Part shown: positions 1 to 12,862 of the stretch, one piece after another
How positions within the stretch are numbered: the stretch's first letter is position 1
Layout: each line of letters opens with the position of its first letter
Source of the DNA: Macrostomum hystrix
Lineage: Eukaryota; Animalia; Platyhelminthes
Direction: 5' to 3'
Length of the DNA: 64,000 nt
Assembly: GCA_950097015.1 (NCBI GenBank)
Contig: CATNEN010000002.1
Span: forward strand, 6,634,001-6,698,000
Made by a program: the position numbers and the translations under genes
The notes under the pieces: model-generated
The model's database searches: none
What the model saw: only the letters and a program-made list of their open reading frames with translations
Told to the model about the DNA's origin: nothing

Positions 1-97
1 TGCCGACAAGTGAAGGACGGGTCTGCGTTTGAAATCATGACGGACAAGCCAGGTGTAAAATGCTTTTTTTTCGAAAAAGTTTATAGGTGACAAACGA

Positions 98-255
98 TGA
101 GTGCCATTTTTAAATGACAATTGCCATTTCTAGATAACGAGTGCCATATTTAACTGACGAGTGTCGTTCTTAAATGGCGCGTGTCATTACTAATTGATAA
201 GTGTCATTTTTAATGACGGGTGTCATTTCTAGTTGACGTACCTGTCATTCTTGCG
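98..255. repeat. Degenerate ~20-bp tandem repeat (GAGTGYCATTTTTAAATGAC-like)
   Basis: About 7 diverged copies of GTGYCATT...TGAC visible by eye. Confidence 0.5.
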
Positions 256-1306
256 AATAAACAAGCGAGTGACATTTAAGTAGCTGTTGTAACTAATAAT
301 AATTTCGTACAATTTTTTGGTTTACCATTTCGATAACTGAAAACGACAGATATTTTTACAATGTGCGACATTGTTTGTTTGCTTAGAAGCTTCCGGCCTC
401 CTCTAAACTCTAAGCTCAATCAGAAGCTCATTGTGTTGAATCTCTCATTCCACTTACTTGTGACATTGTGGTAATACCGGAACACTGAATGCACTGAGGA
501 TATAAGCTTCAAAAAGAATTTTCTTTCCTTTTAAAACCAGTTTTGTGTTAATTTTTAACGTGTTTTTTTATAGAGAAGGTATTTTCTGTAAAATTTTAAT
601 CCTTTAATGCAGAAGGACTATGTATTTTTTTTCCTAGATCTCTTGGATCTTGTATTTTCGAGTATTTTTTTTCTTATAAAATCTGACTTTTCTTAGACTG
701 CCTTTTTACCTTGAACAGATGAATAAATAAATAAATGCTTTATAATCCCCTTTGTTAGAGAAACCAATTAGTTAATGCTAACAAAGCCTTGATTGTTTTT
801 ATCATGTTCGAGGGATTTGATTGGTTGGTTTTTTGGTCTGACAATATTTCTCTATCTTACATTTTCTTCAGTTCAATTCTAATTGGCTGGATTGATTTTC
901 CCTTACCCCAATTTTTCACCCACCTCACTCCGATCGATATTTTTTTAAGTATTTGATTGGCCGGCAGTAAAAAGCATTCTGGGTTATTTGCGCGGCACGG
1001 AGCAATCCCCATTGGTTTATTTTCCTTATCTAGCTCTATTTTTAGAATTACGCTCGTAGTAGATTTACTAAAATCAAATTGTTATTTTTTCAGTTAGTGT
1101 GTCGAATTAGTGTTTAAAAAAGCTGTTCGTTTAAGAACTGCAAAGAATAATTTGGACAGAACAAAGCAAAACTCTCCGCTAAAGAGAAATAGGTTCAGCT
1201 TCTACCAGCACAGCAGGAGCTCACTGCAAGAGCGCGAGGGTAGCAGCTGATGCTAATCCGCTGTCCAATGCAGACTGCACCCGCGCTGCCACCGCGGAAA
1301 GTCCGT

Positions 1307-1314
1307 TATTTATA
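1307..1314 (-). promoter_or_regulatory. Possible TATA box (TATAAATA) for a leftward transcript
   Basis: Minus strand GGGGGC-TATAAATA followed ~25-30 nt later by GCAGTC (Inr-like) and later a GTGAGC donor-like site; no coding exon identified. Confidence 0.25.
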
Positions 1315-1650
1315 GCCCCCTTAGTTACAGACAGAGTGAGTAATTGCTCTGTGTAGCAACAGTATAACAACAACAGCTGTTAGCGGCTGGCCCTGTGTGA
1401 CCTGAAGCGGAGGGCCACTGAATTAAACTTATTTTTCTCACTCTCGGCTTTCTCTCATTCTCACATCAGAGCTACCGCCACTGCAGCGTTTGATCTCCGC
1501 GCGAGTCTCAGAGCTCCAGTTACTGTGTGGAGTTTAATTGCAAGGTTGAGCTTCTGAGTGCTAAATGGCTATTCCTAGCGTTATAGTCATTTTATACTCT
1601 GAGTAGTTTATCAGCACGGGATCGCTGTTCTAACTCATGATGCCAAAATG

Positions 1651-3394
1651 CTCATCTGGCTACTCATCAATCTACTTATCTAGCTACTCATCAATCTACT
1701 TATCTAGCTACTCATCAATCTACTTATCTAGCTACTCATCTATCTACTTATCTAGCTACTCATCAATCTACTTATCTAGCTACTCATCAATCTACTTATC
1801 TAGCTACTCATCAATCTACTTATCTAGCTACTCATCTATCTACTTATCTAGCTACTCATCAATCTACTTATCTAGCTGCTCATCAATCTACTTATCTAGC
1901 TGCTCATCAATCTACTTATCTAGCTACTCATCAATCTACTTATCTAGCTACTCATCAATCTACTTATCTACCTACTCATCAATCTACTTATCTAGCTACT
2001 CATCTATCTAATTATCTAGCTACTCATCAATCTACTTATCTAGCTATTCATCTATCTACTTATCTAGCTACTCATCAATCTACTTATCTAGCTACTCATC
2101 AATCTACTTATCTAGCTACTCATCAATCTACTTATCTAGCTACTCATCTATCTACTTATCTAGCTGCTCATCAATCTACTTATCTAGCTGCTCATCAATC
2201 TACTTATCTAGCTACTCATCAATCTACTTATCTAGCTACTCATCAATCTACTTATCTAGCTACTCATCAATCTACTTATCTACCTACTCATCTATCTAAT
2301 TATCTAGCTACTCATCTATCTAATTATCTAGCTACTCATCAATCTACTTATCTAGCTACTCATCAATCTACTTATCTAGCTACTCATCAATCTACTTATC
2401 TAGCTACTCATCAATCTAATTATCTACCTACTCATCTATCTAATTATCTAGCTACTCATCTATCTAATTATCTAGCTACTCATCTATCTAATTATCTAGC
2501 TACTCATCAATCTACTTATCTAGCTACTCATCAATCTACTTATCTAGCTACTCATCAATCTACTTATCTAGCTACTCATCAATCTACTTATCTAGCTACT
2601 CATCAATCTACTTATCTAGCTACTCATCAATCTACTTATCTAGCTACTCATCAATCTACTTATCTAGCTACTCATCAATCTACTTATCTAGCTACTCATC
2701 TATCTACTTATCTAGCTACTCATCAATCTACTTATCTAGCTACTCATCAATCTACTTATCTAGCTACTCATCAATCTACTTATCTAGCTACTCATCAATC
2801 TACTTATCTAGCTACTCATCAATCTACTTATCTACCTACTCATCTATCTAATTATCTAGCTACTCATCTATCTAATTATCTAGCTACTCATCAATCTACT
2901 TATCTAGCTACTCATCAATCTACTTATCTAGCTACTCATCTATCTACTTATCTAGCTACTCATCTATCTAATTATCTAGCTACTCATCAATCTACTTATC
3001 TAGCTATTCATCTATCTACTTATCTAGCTACTCATCAATCTACTTATCTAGCTACTCATCAATCTACTTATCTAGCTACTCATCAATCTACTTATCTACC
3101 TACTCATCTATCTAATTATCTAGCTACTCATCTATCTAATTATCTAGCTACTCATCAATCTACTTATCTAGCTACTCATCAATCTACTTATCTAGCTACT
3201 CATCTATCTACTTATCTAGCTACTCATCTATCTAATTATCTAGCTACTCATCAATCTACTTATCTAGCTACTCATCTATCTACTTATCTAGCTACACATC
3301 AATCTACTTATCTAGCTACTCATCAATCTACTTATCTAGCTACTCATCAATCTACTTATCTAGCTGCTCATCAATCTACTTATCTAGCTACTCA
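1651..3394. repeat. 24-bp minisatellite CTCATCAATCTACTTATCTAGCTA (~72 copies)
   Basis: Direct reading; ORF 1637-2011 (SSYSSIYL repeat) is its translation. Confidence 0.97.
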
Positions 3395-3845
3395 TCTTAT
3401 CTTCTTATCTGGCCACTCATCTTATCTACTTATCTGGCCACTCATCTTATCTTCTTATCTGGCCACTCATCTTATCTTCTTATCTGGCCACTCATCTTAT
3501 CTTCTTATCTGGCCACTCATCTTATCTTCTTATCTGGCCACTCATCTTATCTTCTTATCTGGCCACTCATCTTATCTTCTTATCTGGCCACTCATCTTAT
3601 CTTCTTATCTGGCCACTCATCTTATCTTCTTATCTGGCCACTCATCTTATCTTCTTATCTGGCCACTCATCTTATCTTCTTATCTGGCCACTCATCTTAT
3701 CTTCTTATCTGGCCACTCATCTTATCTTCTTATCTGGCCACTCATCTAATCTTCTTATCTGGCTACTCATCTAATCTTCTTATCTGGCTACTTATCTATC
3801 TTCTTATCTGGCCACTCATCTAGCTACTCATCTAGCTACTTATCC
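3391..3845. repeat. 25-bp derived variant CTCATCTTATCTTCTTATCTGGCCA abutting the 24-bp array
   Basis: Direct reading; related to the preceding unit. Confidence 0.95.
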
Positions 3846-4620
3846 AAATTCTTACTTATATAGCAACTCATTTTGAAAAAAATATGCTATTAATTTAGCA
3901 TCTCTTCTACTACGTAGGTACTGATCTAGCTGTGAAATTCAGGCCAGAAACGCTAGCCTCTATTATAGTAGATGCAAAGAATTATTAAAAGTTTTTTGCA
4001 GATACTGACAGCTCTTATAGCTTTCAAGAACACACTTGGCTACTAGAAACTGGCATAATTATTGGCAGACATTCAATGCGAAATTAGAGAACTTTCTGTA
4101 GCAGCAAGTGCCGGTCGAACATCGATAAGAGGGCTGGCAATTTTGGTCAAGCCTAAACCCGTGCGCGCCACACTCCCCAATGGAAGTCGCACTCACTCGG
4201 AGACTTTGGTGCAAAACTTGCTGAGCACTCAACTCAGCCGGTGCAAGTGGGATCTTGGCGACCGTGATTTAGTGAGTCTTCTCTCGCCTGAACGAAGGGG
4301 CCTTGAAGTATCGACTCAGGAAGACCATTCTCTCGACCGTGCCAAGGGCAGGTTTGGTTGCTAACGAAGACTTGGGACATCGGGAAGCAGGACTCACTTC
4401 CGGATTCCAAACTGTCCTAGACTCACAATTCCTGGAATCCCTGCGCTCTGCTGTGCTGTGATTGGCCAGCTACTGGGGCGAAATCGTGAGGTACCACCGA
4501 CCAATGATCATTCATTTTCTCCCCTCATTTGGAGCAATAAAACACACAGACGAGTTGGAAGGGAAACTGGGAACTAGACTGCGAAATTTGAATTGCCTGC
4601 AATCGCCACAGATCACACTC

Positions 4621-5244
4621 ATGTCCCTACTGCCCTATGAGCAGGGTCTGTACTCAAACTTCACCGAGTTCAGAGTCTACAAATGGCTCCTGTGGAGTGT
4701 CAGCCCCGCTGTGCTCACGGTTGGCACAGTTGGCAACGTCCTGGCAACCTGGGTGCTCTGGCAGGGCAGCAAACGGTCAAGCACCTTTGCCTACCTGCTT
4801 GTGCTGGGGTTCGCTGACCAGGTGGCCCTGCTGTCCGGCCTTCTGCGCAGCTGGCTCACCCAGCTCACCGGCTTGAACCTCAGCTTGCACAGTCCGTGGC
4901 TCTGTGTCAGCAGCCACCTGGTCTCAACTGCGTCCACCTACCTCAGCGTGCTGCTCATTGTGGCTGTGACGGTTGAGCGAGCCGGCATGGTGCAGCAGAA
5001 AACTGTCCGGCCCGCCAGCGACTCAGTACGCAAGGCCCGCTTTACCGTGGTGGCCCTCATTGCCGCCTGCTTGCTGATTAACGCGCACTGGCTGTTCACC
5101 TTGGATCTGTACGAGCACACCTGGCCTGGCACCAATGACACTATGCTCATCTGCGAGCTCAGAGAGAAATTCTCCTACCTGAGGGAGGAGCTGGCCTGGC
5201 TGGATTCATCGCTTTACTGCTTCGCCCCGTTCTGTGTCATTCTG
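4621..5244 (+). CDS. Class A (rhodopsin-like) peptide GPCR, FMRFamide/myosuppressin-receptor-like, exon 1 (TM1 to first half of TM5)
   Basis: ATG at 4621; TM1 GxxGN (VGTVGNVL), TM2 LGFADQVALL, TM3 VTVERA (DRY-equivalent), TM4 LINAHWL; phase-0 donor CTG|GTGCGT at 5245. Confidence 0.88.
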
Positions 5245-5292
5245 GTGCGTTGTGCCTACAAGTACATTCTGAGCCTGACGATCTGGCTTGAT

Positions 5293-6869
5293 CCTCAGGA
5301 CAAGTTTCTCACCTCAAGAACAGGTTTCCCACCTCAAAAACTGGTTTCCCACCTCAAGAACAGGTTTCCCACCTCAAGAACAGGTTTCCCACCTCAAGAA
5401 CAGGTTTCCCACCTCAAGAACTGGTTTCCCACCTCAAGAACTGGTTTCCCACCTCAAGAACTGGTTTCCCACCTCAAGAACTGGTTTCCCACCTCAAGAA
5501 CTGGTTTCCCACCTCAAGAACACAGGTTTCCCACCTCAAGAACTGGTTTCCCACCTCAAGAACAGGTTTCCCACCTCAAGAACACAGGTTTCCCACCTCA
5601 AGAACAGGTTTCCCACCTCAAGAACTGGTTTCCCACCTCAAGAACTGGTTTCCCACCTCAAGAACTGGTTTCCCACCTCAAGAATCGAGGTTTCCCACCT
5701 CAAGAACACAGGTTTCCCACCTCAAGAACAGGTTTCCCACCTCAAGAACTGGTTTCCCACCTCAAGAACTGGTTTCCCACCTCAAGAACAGGTTTCCCAC
5801 CTCAAGAACAGGTTTCCCACCTCAAGAACAGGTTTCCCCCCTCAAGAACTGGTTTCCCACCTCAAGAACAGGTTTCCCACCTCAAGAACAGGTTTCCCAC
5901 CTCAAGAACCGAGGTTTCCCACCTCAAGAACAGGTTTCCCACCTCAAGAACCGAGGTTTCCCACCTCAAGAACAGGTTTCTCACCTCAAGAACAGGTTTC
6001 CCACCTCAAGAATCGAGGTTTCCCACCTCAAGAACAGGTTTCCCACCTCAAGAACAGGTTTCCCCCCTCAAGAACAGGTTTCCCACCTCAAGAACAGGTT
6101 TCCCACCTCAAGAACAGGTTTCCCACCTCAAGAACAGGTTTCCCACCTCAAGAACAGGTTTCCCACCTCAAGAACAGGTTTCCCACCTCAAGAATCGAGG
6201 TTTCCCACCTCAAGAACAGGTTTCCCACCTCAAGAATCGAGGTTTCCCCCCTCAAGAACAGGTTTCCCACCTCAAGAACAGGTTTCCCACCTCAAGAACA
6301 GGTTTCCCCCCTCAAGAACAGGTTTCCCACCTCAAGAACAGGTTTCCCACCTCAAGAACAGGTTTCCCACCTCAAGAACTGGTTTCCCACCTCAAGAACT
6401 GGTTTCCCACCTCAAGAACAGGTTTCCCACCTCAAGAACTGGTTTCCCACCTCAAGAACAGGTTTCCCACCTCAAGAACAGGTTTCCCACCTCAAGAACA
6501 GGTTTCCCACCTCAAGAACAGGTTTCCCACCTCAAGAACAGGTTTCCCACCTCAAGAACAGGTTTCCCACCTCAAGAACAGGTTTCCCACCTCAAGAACT
6601 GGTTTCCCACCTCAAGAACAGGTTTCCCACCTCAAGAACAGGTTTCCCACCTCAAGAACAGGTTTCCCACCTCAAGAACAGGTTTCCCACCTCAAGAACT
6701 GGTTTCCCACCTCAAGAACTGGTTTCCCACCTCAAGAACAGGTTTCCCACCTCAAGAACAGGTTTCCCACCTCAAGAACAGGTTTCCCACCTCAAGAACA
6801 GGTTTCCCACCACAAGAACAGGTTTCCCACCTCAAGAACTGGTTTCCCACCTCAAGAACAGGTATCCCA
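5293..6869. repeat. 20-bp intronic minisatellite CAGGTTTCCCACCTCAAGAA (~79 copies)
   Basis: Direct reading; lies within GPCR intron 5245-7459. Confidence 0.97.
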
Positions 6870-7459
6870 ATTACCTGAAAATATTTCTAAATCCAGGTGT
6901 CTGGCAGGCTGCAAGATTGAAAGCAAGATTTAAGTCTTAAAATAGAGCACTTGTTTCTAGAAACAATCCTATTAAATCAGTCAAAATTCACTCTGAAAGC
7001 ATTTCCTTAGACATTGCTGACAGCTCTTGACTTCTCTGTGAGTGTGAGGTCGCACATATTTCCAGTTCAATAAACAAATTTAATAGCTGCCTCAACTCAT
7101 CTAGCATCTCGTAGAGAACTTCACTCGAAAAGCAGTCTTTGAAGTAGATTTTTAGTTTCTCTGCTCTATTCTCCAGCTGCAGCCTCACCTGCCTGAGCAA
7201 AGTGTAAAATAGAATTCTACTTTAACAGTGGAAGGACCACGACTGCCTACTTCACGACAGCTCCCCAAACCGAAGGACCGATTTTCGTGAAAGTCCACTA
7301 AATAGATGAGGATTTTCTGCCCTTTACGATGATCCTACTTTCAAGAGCGGAAGGCGATGAGCGCCTTCCTAAAAACAGCCAAAGACTGTACGAAAACAAC
7401 TGCAAAACACATGAACTTTCACCTGCAATCTGTACATCCAGCCCGCGCAATCCTCGCAG

Positions 7460-8056
7460 GTGTGCAACTGCCGCATCATCTTCGTGCTGCGCACCTCCGC
7501 TCGCTATCCGGCCTCGGCGATGAGCCGCGGCAGCTCCGGAGCTCCGGCCATTGAACTGCACGGCCTCCGCGGCAGGCGAAGCACCTTCGGCAACAGCTCC
7601 AGCGTTGCCACCGGCCAGCTGTCCAGCCAGGCCAGTTTCAACAGGAACTTCCGGCAGGTGACCGTCACCCTGCTGTCAGTGTCCGGACTGTTCCTGGCCA
7701 CCGCTCTGCCCATCACGGCTTTGAAAGTCGCGACCTCTCTGGGCAACTTCGTGACCGTGGACTACACGGACCCGCTGTTCCACAGCCGCTACCTCCTGGT
7801 GCAGGCCTGCACGGAGCTGCTGATGTACACCAACCACGCCTCCAACTTCTTCCTCTACTGCCTCTGCGGCAAGAAATTCCGCCGGGAGCTGGCCGCGAAA
7901 TTTGGCCGCCTTATCGATGCGACCAGGCGGCCAAGGGCCCGCAGCACGAACTTCAACAACTGCAACACCAACTTCAACAACACCAACAACAGCGGCGGCA
8001 ACGTCAACTCGATCAACGCCCAGTCGCGCCTGGCCTCCGATAGAGAAATTCAGTGA
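7460..8056 (+). CDS. Class A peptide GPCR, exon 2 (TM5 end, ICL3, TM6, TM7, C-tail)
   Basis: Acceptor CCTCGCAG|GTG at 7459/7460, phase 0, joins FAPFCVIL-VCNCRIIFVLR; TM6 TLLSVSGLFLATALP, TM7 LMYTNHASNFFLYCLCGKKFRREL; TGA at 8054-8056; ~406 aa total. Confidence 0.9.
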   Translation: MCNCRIIFVLRTSARYPASAMSRGSSGAPAIELHGLRGRRSTFGNSSSVATGQLSSQASFNRNFRQVTVTLLSVSGLFLATALPITALKVATSLGNFVTVDYTDPLFHSRYLLVQACTELLMYTNHASNFFLYCLCGKKFRRELAAKFGRLIDATRRPRARSTNFNNCNTNFNNTNNSGGNVNSINAQSRLASDREIQ

Positions 8057-8309
8057 GGCCGATTTTTATTGAGCAGAAGACCTAAATTTGAGAACTGACT
8101 GAGACTGAATCATGCGCACCGTGTCTGTGTTGTCCCGCGTGATTGCTTGTTGTTAATCTTTTGTGGCTGACTCAGAGCATTCCGATTGGTCTGTTTAATT
8201 ATCAGCTGACTAGATTGCCGATGCGCACATGCAAGCAGTCTTTTTACTAACCTTTACCTGGCTAATCTTTACCAGGACACGATAATTAAGGGTAGGATTG
8301 TCATAATTT

Positions 8310-9415
8310 GAACAGGTGAGATCCCACTGTGAACAGGTGAGATCCCACTGTGAACAGGTGCGATCCTACTGTGAACAGGTGAGATCCTACTGTGAACAGG
8401 TGCGATCCTACTGTGAACAGGTGAGATCCCACTGTGAACAGGTGAGATCCCACTGTGAACAGGTGCGATCCTACTGTGAACAGGTGAGATCCTACTGTGA
8501 ACAGGTGAGATCCTACTGTGAACAGGTGAGATCCTACTGTGAACAGGTGAGATCCCACTGTGAACAGGTGAGATCCTACTGTGAACAGGTGAGATCCTAC
8601 TGTGAACAGGTGAGATCCTACTGTGAACAGGTGAGATCCTACTGTGAACAGGTGCGATCCCACTGTGAACAGGTGAGATCCCACTGTGAACAGGTGAGAT
8701 CCCACTGTGAACAGGTGAGATCCTACTCCGAACAGGTGCGATCCTACTGTGAACAGGTGAGATCCCACTGTGAACAGGTGCGATCCCACTGTGAACAGGT
8801 GAGATCCTACCGTGAACAGGTGCGATCCCACTGTGAACAGGTGAGATCCTACTGTGAACAGGTGAGATCCTACCGTGAACAGGTGCGATCCCACTGTGAA
8901 CAGGTGAGATCCTACTGTGAACAGGTGAGATCCTACTGTGAACAGGTGAGATCCTACTGTGAACAGGTAAGATCCTACTGTGAACAGGTGCGATCTCACT
9001 GTGAACAGGTGAGATCCTACTGTGAACAGGTGAGATCCTACTGTGAACAGGTGAGATCCCACTGTGAACAGGTGCGATCCCACTGTGAACAGGTGAGATC
9101 CTACTGTGAACAGGTGAGATCCTACTGTGAACAGGTGAGATCCCACTGTGAACAGGTGCGATCCCACTGTGAACAGGTAAGATCCTACTGTGAACAGGTG
9201 CGATCTCACTGTGAACAGGTGAGATCCTACTGTGAACAGGTGAGATCCTACTGTGAACAGGTGAGATCCCACTGTGAACAGGTGCGATCCCACTGTGAAC
9301 AGGTGAGATCCTACTGTGAACAGGTGAGATCCTACTGTGAACAGGTGAGATCCTTCTGTGAACAGGTGAGATCCTACTGTGAACAGGTGAGATCCTTCTG
9401 TGAACAGGTCAGATC
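8310..9415. repeat. 21-bp minisatellite GAACAGGTGAGATCCTACTGT (~52 copies)
   Basis: Direct reading; the CEQVRSY and TVGSHLF ORFs are its translations. Confidence 0.97.
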
Positions 9416-9902
9416 AATCTCGAATGAATCAAACTTTCATCAAGCACGTCGCATTATTTTGTACTTTTAAACATGTAATTTAAACAGACTAAATATTCTT
9501 AGACATATCAGAAATATGAAATAAAAATATTTTTAGAAGAAATGTGAGTTGTGGCAATCTTTTTTGCAACTAATAATAACAAAATCCTGTTATTATTTAT
9601 ATTTTTATGGATATTTTTTATCATGTATATTTTAGGTGATAAAGTACAGCGAAAGCATCTTTTATGTTTGCTTGCTTACAAATTTACGGCCTTGTATAAG
9701 TTCAATTGATCATTGTGAAACTCTTAGTCGTAATTGCAAATACTTAGCTATGATGAACTCGTATGCTTGACAATTATACTTGTTTGTCCAAACTATCTAA
9801 AATATAAAATATTAACGGAGCTTGCCTACTTTTATTTAATGTCTTTAAAACTGTTTAAAACAGTATTTTCACGCTAACATATTTCTGTCTATCATTTTTA
9901 TG

Positions 9903-10445
9903 GCTGTATAACAGGTGTCATGTCTAACAGATGATTGTCTAACAGGTGTCATGTCTAACAGATGATTGTCTAACAGGTGTCATGTCTAACATATGATTGT
10001 CTAACAGGTGTCATGTCTAACATATGACATGACACTGTCTAACAGGTGACTGTCTAACAGATGATTGTCTAACAGGTGTGTGTCTAACATGTGACTGTCT
10101 AGCAGGTAACTGTCTAACATGTGTCTGTCTAACAGATGATTGTCTAACAGATGACTGTACAACAGGTGACTGTCTGTCTAACAGGTGACTGTCTGTCTAA
10201 CAGGTGAGTGTCTAACAGGTAGGTTTGTGTATAAAAGGTTGGTGTGTATCTAACAGGTGACGGTCTGTCTAACAGGTGTCTGTCTAACATGTGACTGTCT
10301 AACAGGTAACTGTCTAACATGTGACTGTCTAACAGGTAACTGTCTAACAGGTGACTGTCTATTAGGTTTGTCTGTGTGTCAAAACAGGTTACCGTCTGTG
10401 TGTCTAACAGGTGACTGTCTGTGTATCTAACAGGTGAACATCTAT
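9903..10445. repeat. Degenerate minisatellite based on GTCTAACAGGTGACT (15-mer, with 31-mer variants)
   Basis: Repeated TGTCTAACAG core. Confidence 0.9.
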
Positions 10446-10780
10446 CCGTTAGGTGACTGTCCTATTCATCAATGTAAAAATTAATAGTAGTGATTTTAAA
10501 AAATTACCACACCGAATTACGTGATTTGTTCCGAACCAGAGCCACTTACGACACACGCATCTTTCTAGGTTTTCTAAGTCTAAAACATCTTGCAAGTAAA
10601 CACAAGCCGACATTTTCTGAGGTAACTTAACTTTCTCAAAACACGGCACCCTGTGAGCACGCCCTGATATTATTTTTGTAGTGGATCTGAGCACGCCTGC
10701 TCCCCCCCCACTGACCCCCCAGGGCAGGTAGGTGTGTGACGAGTATGGCTGGGGGAAATATTATAACAGTTAATGAATGA

Positions 10781-11410
10781 GTTCCTGAGTACAAAGTTCG
10801 TGAGTTACTGAGTCCCGAGTTCCTCGGATTCCCGAGTTCCTGAGTCCCGATTCCCGAGTTCCTGAGTCACGATTCCCGATTCCCGAGTTCCTGAGATTCC
10901 CGAGTTCCTGAGTCCCGATTCCCGAGTTCCTGAGTCCCGATTCCCGAGTTCCTGAGTCCCGATTCCCGAGTTTCCGAGTCCCGAGTTCCTGAGTCCCGAT
11001 TCCCGAGTTCCTGAGATTCCCGAGTTCCTGAGTCCCGATTCCCGAGTTTCCGAGTCCCGAGTTCCGGAGTCCCGAGTTCCCGAGTCCTGATTTCCTAAGC
11101 TCCGGAATTCCTAAGTTCCGAGTTCCCGAGTCCCGAATTCCCGAGTTCCGAGTTCCTGAGTCCCGAGTTCCTGAGTCCCGAGTTCCTGAGTCCCGAGTTC
11201 GCGAGTCCCGAGTCCTGAGTTCCTGAGTCCCGAGTTCGCGAGTCCCGAGTCCTGAGTTCCTGAGTCCCGAGTTCCTGAGTCCCGAGTTCCTGAGTCCCGA
11301 GTTCGCGAGTCCCGAGTCCTGAGTTCCTGAGTCCCGAATTCGCGAGTCCCGTGTCCTGAGTTCCTGAGTCCCGAGTTCCTGAGTCCGGATTCCCGAATTT
11401 CTGAGTCCCA
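10781..11410. repeat. Minisatellite CCCGAGTTCCTGAGT (15-bp, with CCCGATT-containing 22-bp variants)
   Basis: Direct reading. Confidence 0.92.
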
Positions 11411-11984
11411 AGTATTGTTGACGCGTTTCAGAGTCCCAAGTCCCCAGACTCAAAACTCTTAGTACAATGTGTTCGGTGCGCAAAGTATCCGGGAATTGAA
11501 AAACACTCAGACAAAAAGCAAGTCGCGTTCCGCAGACGAGCCTGTCAAATCGAATTTACCAAAATCTGGCATCGCATGCGAACCTGCCCAGACTGAGCAA
11601 ATATGAAATTGAATTTGACTCAGTCTGGCACAGGTGAGCTGAAAGGTACTGAGGTGGGGCAGGCAGGCCGGTGATCGTGACGGACGGCCGCTAATCAGCG
11701 CCATGACCAAGGGATGAGCATTCCATCTATGGCAGTCCAAATAAGAGACTTAAGCATGTGAGCTGCCGCGCTCAGTCCTGTTATTATTGAAGCGCTGAAC
11801 ACGGCTGTCCTTTTTGTTCCCTTTCTATGTTCCCTAACAATCGGTGTAGAGTTACAGAGAAAAACAGTGACCAATTATGATAGCCAAGTCAAAAATGCAA
11901 ACCCTCAGTAAAAGACAATCAACTCATCCACACTATTTATTACCTGCAAGTCTTCAGTGCTCGCAAGATTCTAAAATACTGCTA

Positions 11985-12862
11985 TCTGCTGCGATTCCAG
12001 CTGCCACTCTTGCTACGATTCTAGCTGCTACTCCTGCTGCGATTCTAGCCGCTCCCTCTAGCTACGATTCCAGCTGCCACTCTTGCTGCGATTCCAGCTG
12101 CTACTCCTGCTGCGATTCCAGCCGCCACTCTTGCTGCGATTCTAGCTGCTACTCCTGCTGCGATTCTAGCCGCCACTCTTGCTGCGATTCTAGCCGCTCC
12201 CTCTTGCTACGATTCCAGCTGCAACTCTTGCTGCGATTCTAGCCGCTCCCTCTTGCTACGATTCCAGCTGCCACTCTTGTTGCGATTCCAGCTGCCACTC
12301 TTGCTGCGATACGAGCTGCCACTCTTGTTGCGATTCTAGCCGCTCCCTCTTGCTACGATTCCAGCTGCAACTCTTGCTGCGATTCTAGCCGCTCCCTCTT
12401 GCTACGATTCCAGCTGCCACTCTTGCTGCGATACGAGCTGCCACTCTTGCTACGATTCCAGCAGCCAGTCTTGCTACGATTCCAGCAGCCACTCTTGCTA
12501 CGATTTCAGCAACCACTCTTGCTTCGATTCCAGCTGCCACTTTTGCTGCGATTCCAGCTGCCACTTTTGCTGCGATACGAGCTGCCACTCTTGCTACGAT
12601 TTCAGCAACCACTCTTGCTTCGATTCCAGCTGCCACTTTTGCTGCGATTCCAGCTGCCACTTTTGCTGCGATACGAGCTGCCACTCTTGCTACGATTTCA
12701 GCAACCACTCTTGCTTCGATTCCAGCTGCCACTTTTGCTGCGATACGAGCTGCCACTCTTGCTACGATTCCAGCAGCCACTCTTGCTACGATTCCAGCAG
12801 CCACTCTTGCTACGATTTCAGCAACCACTCTTGCTTCGATTCCAGCTGCCACTTTTGCTACG
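11985..12862. repeat. 24-bp minisatellite CGATTCCAGCTGCCACTCTTGCTR
   Basis: Direct reading. Confidence 0.93.

Noticed and set aside
10560-10660. CAGGGTG-type Tc1/mariner terminus on the minus strand
   Set aside because: Not preceded by TA and no partner inverted repeat found
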